From: a virus
Reading direction: 5' to 3' (one strand)
Length of the DNA stretch: 64,000 bases
IMG/VR virus record: IMGVR_UViG_3300042691_028844
Location: 22,581-86,580 of that record
Below the pieces are notes generated by a model. That model made no database searches and was not told where the DNA came from. It was given only the letters and a program-made list of their open reading frames with translations. The translations under genes were made by a program, and so were the position numbers. Shown piece after piece: positions 63,903 to 64,000 of this stretch; the stretch's first letter is position 1, and the number at the start of each line of letters is the position of its first letter.

Positions 63903-63945
63903 CGAGGGCTTCCAGTGCGCGAGCAGCGGAGGAGAGGTCAGTCAT
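63895..63945 (-). other. collapsed 16-codon cassette MTDLSSAARALEALDD
   Basis: Family A start fused in frame to family B end. Confidence 0.7.
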
Positions 63946-64000
63946 TGAGCTGCTCCATTTGTTGTTCCATGTGCTCTGCCCATGCCACCAAGTCGCTGGC

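Noticed and set aside
61290-64000. CRISPR array
   Set aside because: Repeats are degenerate, protein-coding and irregularly spaced; no cas genes

Overview
This window is part of a tailed dsDNA phage genome, most likely a freshwater cyanophage. The host inference rests on a cyanobacterial-type boxA, a cyanobacterial-type endolysin domain and cyanophage-typical small proteins. No tape-measure or sheath gene is visible, so it is probably short-tailed. From left to right: leftward small early genes (1-2822); a ~1.3 kb non-coding control region with a ~650-nt minus-strand structured RNA, two boxA antiterminator motifs and a (CA/CG)n tract; putative internal virion proteins; three tRNAs plus a tRNA-like RNA; several glycosyltransferases and methyltransferases; terminase, portal, scaffold and major capsid; head-tail and tail genes; Dps; a permuted M23/lysozyme protein; a leftward DNA-binding cluster; a modular fibre/receptor-binding locus; endolysin; thyX; and a GC-rich array of recombining paralogous mini-genes at the right end. 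The best candidates for new biology are (1) the boxA-led large ncRNA, (2) a possible Ser-Gly-directed virion glycosylation system, (3) the self-shuffling cassette array, and (4) short motifs (FLxxY[LIV], R[LIMF]AG) shared across unrelated virion-region proteins. All product calls come from motif recognition by eye and all counts are manual.
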